Source of the DNA: Bryobacteraceae bacterium
GTDB lineage: Bacteria; Acidobacteriota; Terriglobia; Bryobacterales; Bryobacteraceae
Direction of reading: 5' to 3'
Length of the DNA: 64,000 bases
Assembly: GCA_035934795.1 (NCBI GenBank)
Contig: DASYXM010000083.1
Location: 15,506 to 79,505 of the forward strand
This document shows, piece after piece, positions 8,707-17,756 of the stretch. The position numbers and the translations under genes were made by a program. Positions within the stretch are counted from its first letter, which is position 1. The number at the start of each line of letters is the position of its first letter. Under the pieces are notes generated by a model, which was given only the letters and a program-made list of their open reading frames with translations, ran no database searches and was not told the DNA's origin.

Positions 8707-9363
8707 GTGAAACGCGTGCACTTGCCACTACCCTTCATGATCCGGCTACTTGACGTTGCGGGCGCACTCGCCGCGCTCGTCTTGCTGGCTCCCGTCTTGG
8801 CGGTCGCCACCCTACTCATTTTGATTGATAACGGGAGGCCCATCATTTTCCGGCAGACCCGCATCGGCAAGAATGCCGTGCCTTTCCGGATCTTGAAGTT
8901 TCGCACTATGCGACCGACCATCGGCGGCTCCGCCATCACAACCCCTGGCGATGCGCGCGTAACCAGAGTCGGCGTCTGGCTGCGAACACTCAAAATCGAC
9001 GAGCTTCCGCAATTGATCAACGTTCTTCGCGGTGACATGAGCCTGATTGGGCCTCGTCCGGAGGTTCCGGAATATGTCGTGGCCGATGACGATCGCTGGC
9101 GCCAAGTGCTGGAATTCCGGCCCGGCATTACGGATTTAGCAAGTCTGGCGTTCCGGAATGAGGAGGCGATTCTCGATACCGCTGACGATCCCGAGGCATA
9201 TTACCGATTGGTCATATTGCCCGAGAAACTCCAACTTAACCTGCAATACCAGCGGACGAGGTCACTGCCGCGCGATCTCAAGCTCTTGTGGATGACCGTC
9301 CGATACAGTTTTTGCCCTTACGGTTTCGACCGCGAGCAAGTCGTTCGATCTCTCGGCGTTTAA
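8707..9363 (+). CDS. Small (PglC/WbaP C-terminal type) undecaprenyl-phosphate sugar phosphotransferase, the initiating enzyme
   Basis: Motifs are 'RPIIFRQTRIGKNAVPFRILKFRTM', 'DARVTRVGVWLRTLKIDELPQLINVLRGDMSLIGPRP', and one N-terminal re-entrant helix. Confidence 0.9.
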   Translation: MKRVHLPLPFMIRLLDVAGALAALVLLAPVLAVATLLILIDNGRPIIFRQTRIGKNAVPFRILKFRTMRPTIGGSAITTPGDARVTRVGVWLRTLKIDELPQLINVLRGDMSLIGPRPEVPEYVVADDDRWRQVLEFRPGITDLASLAFRNEEAILDTADDPEAYYRLVILPEKLQLNLQYQRTRSLPRDLKLLWMTVRYSFCPYGFDREQVVRSLGV

Positions 9364-9400
9364 ACCCTGACTCCTGGGAAAGGAGCCCTAGCGGCGCTTC

Positions 9401-10609
9401 ATGCAAACCCATTCATTCATTCCGTTCCATCTCCCGTCTATCGGCGACGAAGAAGTGCGAGAGGTAGAAGCCACGCTGCGTTCCGGTTGGCTTACCACGG
9501 GACCCCGAACAGCCCAGTTCGAGCGGGAGTTCGGCGCATATGTCCATGCGCGCAACGCGCTCGCGGTAAACTCCTGCACGGCCGGCCTGCACGTCGCCCT
9601 GGCCGCCCTGGGCGTCGGAAAAGGCGATGAAGTTATCACTACTCCGTTGACCTTCTGCTCGACGGTGCACACGATCGTTCACGTGGGCGCCAGACCCGTC
9701 CTCGCCGACGTGGGCACGGACGGCAATATCGATCCGCAAAGGATCGCACAGGCGATTACGCCGCACACCCGTGCCATCGTCCCGGTACACTTCGCGGGTC
9801 TCCCGTGCGATATGAAGGCGATCTGGAAGCTCGCCCGCGCACATGGACTCTTCGTGATTGAGGATGCCGCCCACGCCGCCGGAGCCCATCACGAGGGCAG
9901 TCCGATCGGAGCCAACGCAGCCGAGGGCGAAGACATGAGCGATGCCGCCGCCTTCAGCTTTTACGCGACCAAGAACATGACCACCGGCGAAGGAGGAATG
10001 GTCACCACGCCGAGGGAATCGCTGGCGGCGCGGATGCGGATCCTAGCGCTACACGGTATGAATCGCGATGCGTGGAATCGCTACGCCCAGCGGGGCAATT
10101 GGTTTTACGAGGTCGTCGACGCGGGATTCAAATACAATCTGACTGACCTTCAATCGGCCCTCGGGATTCACCAACTACGAAAGCTGGACTCCTTCATCGA
10201 AACGCGCACCCGGTACGCCAAAATCTACAACCAGGAATTCGCCGGCATTGAGGAGCTCGAAGTGCCGCCGGACAATCCGCGTGTGCGGCATGCTTGGCAC
10301 CTTTACGTCCTGAGACTCAATGTGGATTTGCTGCGCATCGACCGGCAGCAATTTATCGAGGAGCTGCGCCGCAGGGGCATTGGCGTCAGCGTGCATTTCA
10401 TTCCGATTCCGCTGCATCCGTTTTTCGCCAGGATGTACCTTTCTCAGCGACGCTGCCAGCGCGCCTTGAGTCTTTATCCCCGGATCGTGTCGCTGCCCTT
10501 GTATCCGGCCATGTCGGAGGACCAGGTCCTCTATGTCGCCAATGCCGTCAAGGACATCGTGGCCTCGAACAGAACTCGCGTCCACGCCGGCTGGAGCGAG
10601 GCTAGCTGA
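9401..10609 (+). CDS. DegT/DnrJ/EryC1/StrS-family PLP sugar aminotransferase
   Basis: Motifs are 'GDEVITTPLTFCSTV', 'VIEDAAHA' and 'FSFYATKNMTTGEGG' (PLP-lysine context). Confidence 0.9.
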   Translation: MQTHSFIPFHLPSIGDEEVREVEATLRSGWLTTGPRTAQFEREFGAYVHARNALAVNSCTAGLHVALAALGVGKGDEVITTPLTFCSTVHTIVHVGARPVLADVGTDGNIDPQRIAQAITPHTRAIVPVHFAGLPCDMKAIWKLARAHGLFVIEDAAHAAGAHHEGSPIGANAAEGEDMSDAAAFSFYATKNMTTGEGGMVTTPRESLAARMRILALHGMNRDAWNRYAQRGNWFYEVVDAGFKYNLTDLQSALGIHQLRKLDSFIETRTRYAKIYNQEFAGIEELEVPPDNPRVRHAWHLYVLRLNVDLLRIDRQQFIEELRRRGIGVSVHFIPIPLHPFFARMYLSQRRCQRALSLYPRIVSLPLYPAMSEDQVLYVANAVKDIVASNRTRVHAGWSEAS

Positions 10610-10611
10610 GC

Positions 10612-10643
10612 CCGCGCGATCCGCAACACGATGGATCACGCGG
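10612..10643. terminator. Hairpin filling the 26-nt gap between convergent genes (possible bidirectional terminator)
   Basis: CCGCGCGATCC (10612-10622) pairs with GGATCACGCGG (10633-10643): 11 bp with one mismatch and a 10-nt loop. There is no T-tract. The right arm overlaps the RsbR-like stop codon. Confidence 0.3.
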
Positions 10644-11541
10644 CCGAGTGGACGATTTGATAACCAAGCAGGCGCTCGGCTTCCTCGATACCTCCCTGAA
10701 GGTCCCCGACAGTCTTCATTTTAGTGAGATCCACGCCGATGGTGACGAGGGTCTGAGCGATTTCCGCAGAAAGACCGGTGACGATCACGGTTGCGCCCAT
10801 CAAACGGGAGGCGTCGACCGTCTGGACCAAGTGGTTGGCGACAGTGGAGTCCACCGACGGTACACCGGTGATGTCGATCACAACGACTTTGGCGCGGTTC
10901 GAGCGGATGCCGCGCAACAACTGCTCGGTGACCTGGCGGGAGCGCTGGGGGTCGATCACGCCGATGATGGGAAGAATGAGCAGACGTTCCCGCACCTGCA
11001 GGACCGGGGTCGATAACTCGCGGATCGCTTCCTGCTGCTGGCGGATGATGCGCTCGCGTTCCTGCACGAAGCTCACTCCCACGGTGTTGGCAATGCGGTT
11101 GGCGGCGGGCTCGTAGGCGTCCAGCACGCGGTTTAGCATGCCGAAGTCGGTCTGATACTTCTTGAACAGGGAACGCGCCAACACGTCCCGCAGCAGGAGC
11201 ACGATACCCAGCACCTCATGGGTTTCGACGCCCCGCGGAATGATGCGCTCGGAAAGGTCGCGCGCGTATTCCTGGAGCGCCTCCACCGCCCCCGTTTCCA
11301 GCACGGCCACGTAATTGTCGTAAACGGCGGTGGCTTCGACGAAGACTTCTTCTTGCGTCATCGCGGTGAGCAAGCGCGACTCGGTGATGCGGCGCGCCCA
11401 TTCCTCGCGAAGTTGGGTTCGATTCTGGCGCAGGTGCGCCACGAGCTCCGTCAACAATGCCTGGGTCGTGGAATCGTTTCGGTGCCTGGCTGTCTGGGGT
11501 TCTGCTGGCATGAGTGGTTTCCTTTGCTGCTGGCGATTCAT
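10636..11541 (-). CDS. RsbR-like stressosome protein (N-terminal sensory helical domain + C-terminal STAS)
   Basis: The STAS block is 'LLILPIIGVIDPQRSRQVTEQLL...VVVIDITGVPSVDSTVANHLVQTV...GATVIVTGLSAEIAQTLV'. It is the last gene of the coupled operon. Confidence 0.85.
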   Translation of the reverse strand: MNRQQQRKPLMPAEPQTARHRNDSTTQALLTELVAHLRQNRTQLREEWARRITESRLLTAMTQEEVFVEATAVYDNYVAVLETGAVEALQEYARDLSERIIPRGVETHEVLGIVLLLRDVLARSLFKKYQTDFGMLNRVLDAYEPAANRIANTVGVSFVQERERIIRQQQEAIRELSTPVLQVRERLLILPIIGVIDPQRSRQVTEQLLRGIRSNRAKVVVIDITGVPSVDSTVANHLVQTVDASRLMGATVIVTGLSAEIAQTLVTIGVDLTKMKTVGDLQGGIEEAERLLGYQIVHSAA

Positions 11542-11563
11542 CGAAATGGTCTCCTCTGCACGA

Positions 11564-14074
11564 CTACCCGGATCGATGGGTGTCCGGGACTGCGTCTCCG
11601 TTTCCGGTAAGGTTCCTGATCAGGTCCGCAATCTTTTCGGGCTCGACCGGTTTGCTCAGGCATGCGTTAAATCCGGCGGAGAGCGCGCGGTCGAAATCCA
11701 CTTGGGCTCCAAATCCCGTGAGGGCGATCGCGGGAGTGCCGCGCAACTCGGCAGCGTCGCGAACGGCGCGAATCAATTCGTATCCGTCGACGATCGGCAT
11801 CTTGACGTCCGAGACGATCAAGTCCGGCCGGTGGACTCGAGCGGCTTCGATTCCCAGCCGGCCGTTGGCCGCTGTGAGCACCGTGTGTCCCATCTTCTCC
11901 AGATCCGCCTTCATCAGAAAGAGGATGTCTTCCGAGTCTTCGATCAGTAGAATGCGAATCTTGTTCCCTTGATCGGCCATGAGGACAGCGGGCGCTTCGG
12001 TGCAACATCCTTCTTCCGTCCGCGCGGCCATAGGCAGTCGAATGTGAAATGTGCTGCCACAGCCGAGGCCCGGACTTTCGGCCCACACTCGGCCGCCGTG
12101 TACCTTGACGATCCTTTGCGCGATCGCCAAACCGAGCCCGACGCCCGACTGGGACGTGAGCCATGCGGCGGTCCCCTGCCGGAACGGCTCGAATATCTGC
12201 TCGAGAAACGCACCATCGATCCCGATTCCCGTGTCTGCGACTTCCAACCTTGCCTCTGCATCCGAAAGTGCCGTGCGGATTGAAATCAGGCCCCCGCTCT
12301 CCGTAAACTTCAGCGCGTTAATTAGCAAATTCATGACCACTTGTTCCAGACGCACGGCATCGCCAAGTACCGGTAGAGGCTCTGGAGTCAGGTCAGCTCT
12401 TAGCCTAAGCCCTCGCTCGGCCGCCATTTCCCGGGTTGCCTCGAACGAGACCGCGGCAATCTGGTTCAAGTCGACGAGCGCCCGCTCAATTTGAATCTTG
12501 CCCTCGGAGATCCTGGCCAGGTCCGTGCAATCTCCAATCAGCCTTGTAAGCGTCATGGCGTTCCTTTCCATGGCCCTCACGCCCTCGGCAAGGAGCGGAT
12601 CCTGCGAGATCAAAGAGTGATTCTTGAACGTTCGCGTCCAACCGACAATGGGTGTGAGCGGGTTCCTTAGCTCATGTCCGAGGATGGCCACAAACTCATC
12701 CTTGGCGCGGCTGGCTCGCTCCGCCTTGTCGCGCTCGGCGACCACTTCCCGATAGAGGCGCGCGTTTTCCAGTGCCAAAGCACAACGGCGCGCGAGATCC
12801 TCCGCCAAAATCCGGTGCGACGACCGGTAATAGGGGCTGCCAAAAGGCGAAATTACCGTCAGAATGCCCAGCAGTCGATTATGAAAGTGGAGCGGAAAAG
12901 TCATCGCGCCGCCGCCGCGCAATCGGCGCAATAACGCGGCGTGCGAAGGCCCATCGGCCGCCCGGTTGTACCATTCTTCCGTCAGGGGCTGGACGATCTG
13001 GGGGTGATCCAGAAGCGGGCTACAGTCGCCGTTCGCGGTTCCGCCGAATAGGCAATGCCGCCGGAGCTCTGTTGCCAAATCGGCGGCGGAAGCGTCGGCA
13101 TGGGCGACCTCCAACTGCCGCAACGAGCCGTCCGGCTCGACAACGCTAATGAAACACCAGCCTCCCAGGAATACCGTCGTGAGGTGGGCGACACTGCTCA
13201 GACTGGCTTCCACGTCCAGCGGTCCAACAAGCACGGCACTCGCCTCGGCGAGGAACTCGAAGCGCCGCGCCGCCCGGGCTCTTGCTTGGCCAACCAGCCA
13301 ACGCGTTCGCTCCTTCTCCAAACGTTTGCGCTCGGTCACGTCACGGATGAGCCAGCGCAGACTGGCAATGGCCGGGACGGAGCGCTCCGCTACAACCGTC
13401 AGCGCGGCGGGGATCGGCGGCAGGTTCCTCGGCCGGAGTGTGGTCTGCCAATCTTCCACTCTCCCGAGAGTGCCCGCGTGGAGCCCGCGGAGCCGTTCCC
13501 GAAACTCATCGCGGCCGGTGTGGACTACGAACTCGCTCAGGGACTGACCGGGCAACAGTTCCTGCGGCGTGTTCAGAAGCGCCGCCGCAGCGGTATTGGC
13601 TTCCCGGATCGCGCCTTCGAAACCGGTGACCAGATATCCGTCGGGTGCGAAGTCAAACAACGCCTGGTAGCGACTGCGCTCTTTTTCAAGGGCTCCTTGT
13701 GCGGCGGTGAGTTCTTCGTTCTGGCAACGGAGCTGTTCCTCCACGCTTTGCAAGCTCTCGAGACCCTGCTGCAACCGGGCGTTGGCTTCTTGCGCCCCGC
13801 GCAAGACCATTTCGAACGGCGCCAGACTCTCGGCGAAACAACTGACGGCCTGTAGAAGAATCTCTTCCGGGTCTGGTTGCGGGGACTGCGATCGCAACGC
13901 ACCGATCAATGATTCCTGGTGCGCCGCCACCATCTCCAGCACACCCACACCTTCTGACAGCGCCCGACGACCCGCCTGATAGGAACGCCGCAGCGCCACC
14001 TCGCCGCTGCCGGCGAGATAATCCCGCATCGCTGCGGCGTATTCCTCGGCTAACGTGTATGCACCCTCGTTCAT
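11564..14074 (-). CDS. Hybrid sensor histidine kinase: RsbU_N-like domain - PAS - GAF - HisKA - HATPase_c - REC
   Basis: The N-terminus 'EEYAAAMRDYLAGSGEVALRRSYQAGRRALSEGVGVLEMVAAHQESL...FEMVLRG' resembles the RsbT-binding N-domain of RsbU. The H-box is 'ILGHELRNPLTPI'. ATPase boxes are 'NLLINALKFT', 'VADTGIGI' and 'GVGLGLAIAQRIV'. The receiver is 'IRILLIEDSEDI...DLIVSDVKMP...SKP'. Confidence 0.9.
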   Translation of the reverse strand: MNEGAYTLAEEYAAAMRDYLAGSGEVALRRSYQAGRRALSEGVGVLEMVAAHQESLIGALRSQSPQPDPEEILLQAVSCFAESLAPFEMVLRGAQEANARLQQGLESLQSVEEQLRCQNEELTAAQGALEKERSRYQALFDFAPDGYLVTGFEGAIREANTAAAALLNTPQELLPGQSLSEFVVHTGRDEFRERLRGLHAGTLGRVEDWQTTLRPRNLPPIPAALTVVAERSVPAIASLRWLIRDVTERKRLEKERTRWLVGQARARAARRFEFLAEASAVLVGPLDVEASLSSVAHLTTVFLGGWCFISVVEPDGSLRQLEVAHADASAADLATELRRHCLFGGTANGDCSPLLDHPQIVQPLTEEWYNRAADGPSHAALLRRLRGGGAMTFPLHFHNRLLGILTVISPFGSPYYRSSHRILAEDLARRCALALENARLYREVVAERDKAERASRAKDEFVAILGHELRNPLTPIVGWTRTFKNHSLISQDPLLAEGVRAMERNAMTLTRLIGDCTDLARISEGKIQIERALVDLNQIAAVSFEATREMAAERGLRLRADLTPEPLPVLGDAVRLEQVVMNLLINALKFTESGGLISIRTALSDAEARLEVADTGIGIDGAFLEQIFEPFRQGTAAWLTSQSGVGLGLAIAQRIVKVHGGRVWAESPGLGCGSTFHIRLPMAARTEEGCCTEAPAVLMADQGNKIRILLIEDSEDILFLMKADLEKMGHTVLTAANGRLGIEAARVHRPDLIVSDVKMPIVDGYELIRAVRDAAELRGTPAIALTGFGAQVDFDRALSAGFNACLSKPVEPEKIADLIRNLTGNGDAVPDTHRSG

Positions 14075-14700
14075 GCTCTCGAACCCAGATACCGCGCCAC
14101 TAAAACCAAGCCGTCGTCGTCACCCTTACGGAAATTCGACGAAATATAACCCGCAATTTTCTCGGGTGAATCCTCGGCGCCGAAATGGCGTGTGAAATCG
14201 GCGCGGATGCCATCCGTCGTCAGAATCACGAGATCTCCCGGCGCAATCGGCGTAACGATGGCCTGCAGCGAAGGAAGCCGATATCCCACCACGCCCGGAC
14301 GCAAGAACATCGTCTCCCATCGCGAATCCGCCGATTCCCCGCTGCGCAATAGAACTCCCTCAACGTTGCCGACGCCGAGCCAGGTTATGCTGTTCTCGAT
14401 TCCGTCAAGCGACACGAGACTCATCACAACGCCTCGCGTGCCCTTGAGCCGCTCGTGACAACGCCGAAATAACGGAAGCACCCCTTCATGGCGATGGGCC
14501 TCGAGAGTCGCAACGGCCAGTCGCGCGGCGAGGGCGGCTTCGGCGCCATGACCCGCGCCGTCCACCACCGCTAACAACGCGCCTCCTGGCGTAGTACTGA
14601 CCAGGTACGCATCCCCCGACTCTTGCTCTCCCGGCGTCGTTAGCGACGATGCGCCGTAATCGAGCAGCAGCAGTTCTTCTGCGTGTCTCACGGGAGCCAT
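14071..14700 (-). CDS. PP2C/SpoIIE-type phosphatase (RsbX-like)
   Basis: Motifs are 'GDAYLV...ALLAVVDGAGHGAEAA' and 'LVILTTDGI'. An ATGA overlap joins it to the kinase gene. Confidence 0.8.
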   Translation of the reverse strand: MAPVRHAEELLLLDYGASSLTTPGEQESGDAYLVSTTPGGALLAVVDGAGHGAEAALAARLAVATLEAHRHEGVLPLFRRCHERLKGTRGVVMSLVSLDGIENSITWLGVGNVEGVLLRSGESADSRWETMFLRPGVVGYRLPSLQAIVTPIAPGDLVILTTDGIRADFTRHFGAEDSPEKIAGYISSNFRKGDDDGLVLVARYLGSRA

Positions 14701-15107
14701 TTCCTCATGGTTACTGTGGTCCCTTGGCCGATCTTGGAATGCACCTGAAACTCGTCCATCAACCGGCGTGAACCTGGCAGGCCCAGACCCAAACCGCGCG
14801 CGGTGGAGAAACCGTCCTGCATGGCTTGTGAAACATCAGCAATTCCCGGGCCCCGGTCCCGCGCGATCACTTCTAGTCCGCGTCTGAGTCCGTTGTGGAC
14901 TACCGACAAGACCACTTCACCCGGCTTGGCGTATTCGATAATGTTCCGAGCTACCTCGGAAACGGCTGTTGCGATCATGACCAGGTCGACTTCCGAAAAA
15001 CCGACAAACGCCGCGAGCGCCCGGGCCGCGATGCGCGCCTCCACAATGTCCGCGTCGGACGCAATCGCAATCACCCCGCCACCGGGACTTGATTCACTGC
15101 GCCTCAT
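14688..15107 (-). CDS. RsbT-like serine kinase (anti-sigma-factor-type HATPase)
   Basis: Motifs are 'EVARNIIEYAKPGEVVL', 'ARDRGPGI' and 'GLGLGLPGSRRLMDEF'. I chose the start at ATG 15107; the ORF-track start at 15161 would overlap the rsbS-like gene by 68 nt. Confidence 0.85.
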   Translation of the reverse strand: MRRSESSPGGGVIAIASDADIVEARIAARALAAFVGFSEVDLVMIATAVSEVARNIIEYAKPGEVVLSVVHNGLRRGLEVIARDRGPGIADVSQAMQDGFSTARGLGLGLPGSRRLMDEFQVHSKIGQGTTVTMRKWLP

Positions 15108-15447
15108 TTTGAAACGAAGCCAAGGCTTCCTCCAGATCCAGGGCAGTTGCAACATCACCAAGCTCCAGGCCCAACTGCACCATCGCGAAGGCGACTTCCG
15201 GCTGAATTCCCACGATCACGGTCCGCGCTCCCCGAAGCCGAACCATTTGTGCCAGGTCGCGCACCGTTCGCGTTGCGAACGAATCCATCACGTCCAGCAC
15301 CGTGACGTCAACGATGACTCCCTTAGATCGGTACTTGCCCACATGCGCCGCCAGATCGTCTCGCAACTGGATCAGATCATCGTCCGTCAACGCAGACTGA
15401 ATCGAAGCGATTACGTAATGGCCCTGCTTGAGGATGGGCACTCTCAT
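15094..15447 (-). CDS. RsbS-like single-STAS stressosome scaffold protein
   Basis: 117 aa, with 'VPILKQGHYVIASIQSALTDDD...VIVDVTVLDVMDSFATRT...TVIVGIQPEVAFAMVQLG'. The conserved phosphorylatable Ser context 'VMDSF' is present. Confidence 0.85.
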   Translation of the reverse strand: MRVPILKQGHYVIASIQSALTDDDLIQLRDDLAAHVGKYRSKGVIVDVTVLDVMDSFATRTVRDLAQMVRLRGARTVIVGIQPEVAFAMVQLGLELGDVATALDLEEALASFQNEAQ

Positions 15448-15632
15448 GGTTTCGCGGCCTTGGCCGTTTCAGCTGCACAGACAGGCACAAAAATCCCACC
15501 TCCTGAGCATATGATGGGCCGTTTCCGTGCAAGGCGTTTGTAGGAGGATTTGCACCCTCCCTTCGAAAACTGGGTTAACTTAAATCGCCGGTCCTCGGAT
15601 GACCGCAGTGAATGTGAGGTAAGCACAACAAA

Positions 15633-16319
15633 ATGAAGCCTGTAGAGACGCTGAAAGCGGCAACCGACCACTGCAAAGTCCTCGACCGGATGCGGTCGCA
15701 CTGGCTGGCAAACGTAATTCATGACATCTCTGGCGCCCTTTTTGGGGCCCGCGGCTATCTGCGCATGGTTCTTGAAGAGCGAGAAGGAGTCCTATCTGCG
15801 CCCCAGCGGCGGTATTTAACGACCGCGCAGGAAAACCTCAGCAAACTTGCCGCTTTGACCCAGGAACTCAATGACTTCGCGGGAGCAGACGGATTTGATC
15901 TTCACGTCGTCGACTTCGCCGGGCTGCTGAACCAGGCGGCCGCTGCCAGCCGGGCCGCCTTCTCTGAGAGGAAAGTCCAAGTGGTAGTGGAGCTTGACGG
16001 CAGTCCGCTTTCCACCTGCTGCGACGCTGACAAACTCGCCCTGGCTATGCGAATTTTTCTGGCAAGTGCATTCGAATTTACCGGGTCGGGAGGGACGGTC
16101 CGCGTGCGGGCGCGGGAAGAAAACGAGAAGATCGTGCTGCAGTTCACGGCCGGTCCCCCGCAGACGCGCCGAAAAGAGCCTGCCCCAGATTTGTCTTTGG
16201 CATTCAGGATCTTACGGTTACATGGAGGCACGGCTTCCATAAGCGCTGTGGGGGATGTTCCTGATGAAGGCTACGTAGTCACGTGCGAATTACCCGTGAT
16301 TCGGCTACCTGAGTGCTGA
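15633..16319 (+). CDS. Sensor-less histidine-kinase-like protein with intact H-box but degenerate ATP-binding boxes (candidate phosphotransferase or pseudokinase)
   Basis: The DHp H-box is 'WLANVIHDISGALFGARGYL'. The CA-like domain reads 'FLASAFEFTGSGG' (N-box Asn replaced by Ser, Lys by Glu), 'QFTAGPPQ' instead of DxGxG, and 'DLSLAFRILRLHGG' instead of GxGLG. No TM or sensor domain is present. Confidence 0.7.
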   Translation: MKPVETLKAATDHCKVLDRMRSHWLANVIHDISGALFGARGYLRMVLEEREGVLSAPQRRYLTTAQENLSKLAALTQELNDFAGADGFDLHVVDFAGLLNQAAAASRAAFSERKVQVVVELDGSPLSTCCDADKLALAMRIFLASAFEFTGSGGTVRVRAREENEKIVLQFTAGPPQTRRKEPAPDLSLAFRILRLHGGTASISAVGDVPDEGYVVTCELPVIRLPEC

Positions 16320-16328
16320 GATTCGTCC

Positions 16329-17756
16329 GTGCGACAGGATATTCCCCAGACCGTTTGGGTGGTAGACGATGACGCGAGCATTCGCTCCTATCTCTCGGAT
16401 TTTCTGGTTTCCCGCGGCTACACCGTAAGTAGTTTCGACTCAGGGGAACCGGTTATACACCACCTCTCCTCTACCGCACCACCTGCGCTGTTGCTCCTTG
16501 ACGTTCGAATGCCCCAAATCGGCGGGCTTGAGGTGCTGGCGCATCTGGACAAATTGGGGCGCCGCATACCTTCCATAGTTCTTTCGGGCTTTAACCAGGT
16601 AGCGACGGTGGTTCAGGCGATGCGGCTCGGCGCGTCCGACTACCTCGTTAAGCCCCTCGAACCGGCGGATTTGGAAGAAGCGATCGATAGAGTTCTTGAG
16701 GAATACGGAGAAACGCCCTACCTGAATGGAGCCGTCAGGGACTTTGGATATGCGACTTCCAACAAGCGAATGGCGCAAATCGGAGCGATCTGTCGCCAAA
16801 TAGCTCCGGCGGACGTGCCCGTTCTGATCCTCGGTGAATCCGGAGTGGGGAAAGAGGTTCTGGCCCGTTACATACACGCGCAATCGGGACGGCGCGGCCC
16901 TTTCGTCAAAGTGAATTGCGCAGCGTTGCCAGCAGATCTGTTGGAGTCCGAGCTGTTCGGACACGAGCGTGGGGCTTTCACAGGGGCCCACCAGGAAAAA
17001 CCGGGAAAATTCGAGTTGGCCGGGCACGGCACGCTTATGCTTGACGAGGTTGCCGAGATGAGTCCTTTGCTGCAGGCCAAGCTCCTGCATATTCTCCAGG
17101 ATGGAGAGTACACTCGACTCGGCGGAACCCGGACGCTGACGTCGCAAGCCCGCGTCCTGGCGGCGACGAACAAGCACCTTCAAGCAGCGGTCAAACAAAA
17201 ACATTTTCGGGAAGACCTCTACTTCCGGCTCAACGTGGTCACTGTTGACGTTCCGCCGCTGCGGGAGCGGATCGAGGACATCTTGCCCCTCTGCGATAGT
17301 TTCGTGGAAAAATATCGCGGCAAGTACAAGAGCTCAGTGACGAGGTTGCCCAGGGAGCTGCAGTCCGCCTTTCTGCGATACAGTTGGCCAGGCAATATTC
17401 GGCAGCTGGAAAACGCCGTCCGACGTTTTCTCATCCTGCCAGATTTGCAGCAGGCGCTCGCGGAATTGGAGGAGATCACAACGCCGCCGGCCGAGCCCGA
17501 TGAGCCGGTAGAACGCGGCCAGGCGGGCAGTGTTTCCCTGAAAGAGATGGCAGCCAGCGCGGCCGAGAGAACCGAAAAAGAGTTGGTTTTCAATACTCTA
17601 AACGAAGTGAACTGGAATCGGAAAGAGGCGGCGCGACGACTCAACATTTGCTACAAATCCCTTCTGAACAAGCTGCACCGATGGCAGGTATACGAGCGAT
17701 CGGCGGAGCAGGCGGATGCTGAGCGTGCGACGGCGGTAGTGGCTAGCGGAGACTGA
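16329..17756 (+). CDS. NtrC-family sigma-54-dependent response regulator (REC + AAA+ + Fis-type HTH)
   Basis: The receiver is 'VWVVDDDASIR...LLLLDVRMP'. AAA+ motifs are 'GESGVGKEV', 'ERGAFTGA' (GAFTGA loop) and 'LMLDEV'. The HTH is 'NWNRKEAARRLNICYKSLLNKL'. The start is GTG, 10 nt after the HK-like gene. Confidence 0.92.
   Translation: MRQDIPQTVWVVDDDASIRSYLSDFLVSRGYTVSSFDSGEPVIHHLSSTAPPALLLLDVRMPQIGGLEVLAHLDKLGRRIPSIVLSGFNQVATVVQAMRLGASDYLVKPLEPADLEEAIDRVLEEYGETPYLNGAVRDFGYATSNKRMAQIGAICRQIAPADVPVLILGESGVGKEVLARYIHAQSGRRGPFVKVNCAALPADLLESELFGHERGAFTGAHQEKPGKFELAGHGTLMLDEVAEMSPLLQAKLLHILQDGEYTRLGGTRTLTSQARVLAATNKHLQAAVKQKHFREDLYFRLNVVTVDVPPLRERIEDILPLCDSFVEKYRGKYKSSVTRLPRELQSAFLRYSWPGNIRQLENAVRRFLILPDLQQALAELEEITTPPAEPDEPVERGQAGSVSLKEMAASAAERTEKELVFNTLNEVNWNRKEAARRLNICYKSLLNKLHRWQVYERSAEQADAERATAVVASGD

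Noticed and set aside
17732-17739. Perfect ops core GGCGGTAG near the 3' end of the activator gene. It also occurs at 25914-25921 and on the plus strand near 51833.
   Set aside because: These copies lie inside coding sequence (Ala-Val-Val or Ala-Val-Gly codons) and have no preceding hairpin. They show that the 8-mer arises by chance in this GC-rich genome. For that reason I only flag the two leader copies of the longer 9-mer that follows a hairpin.
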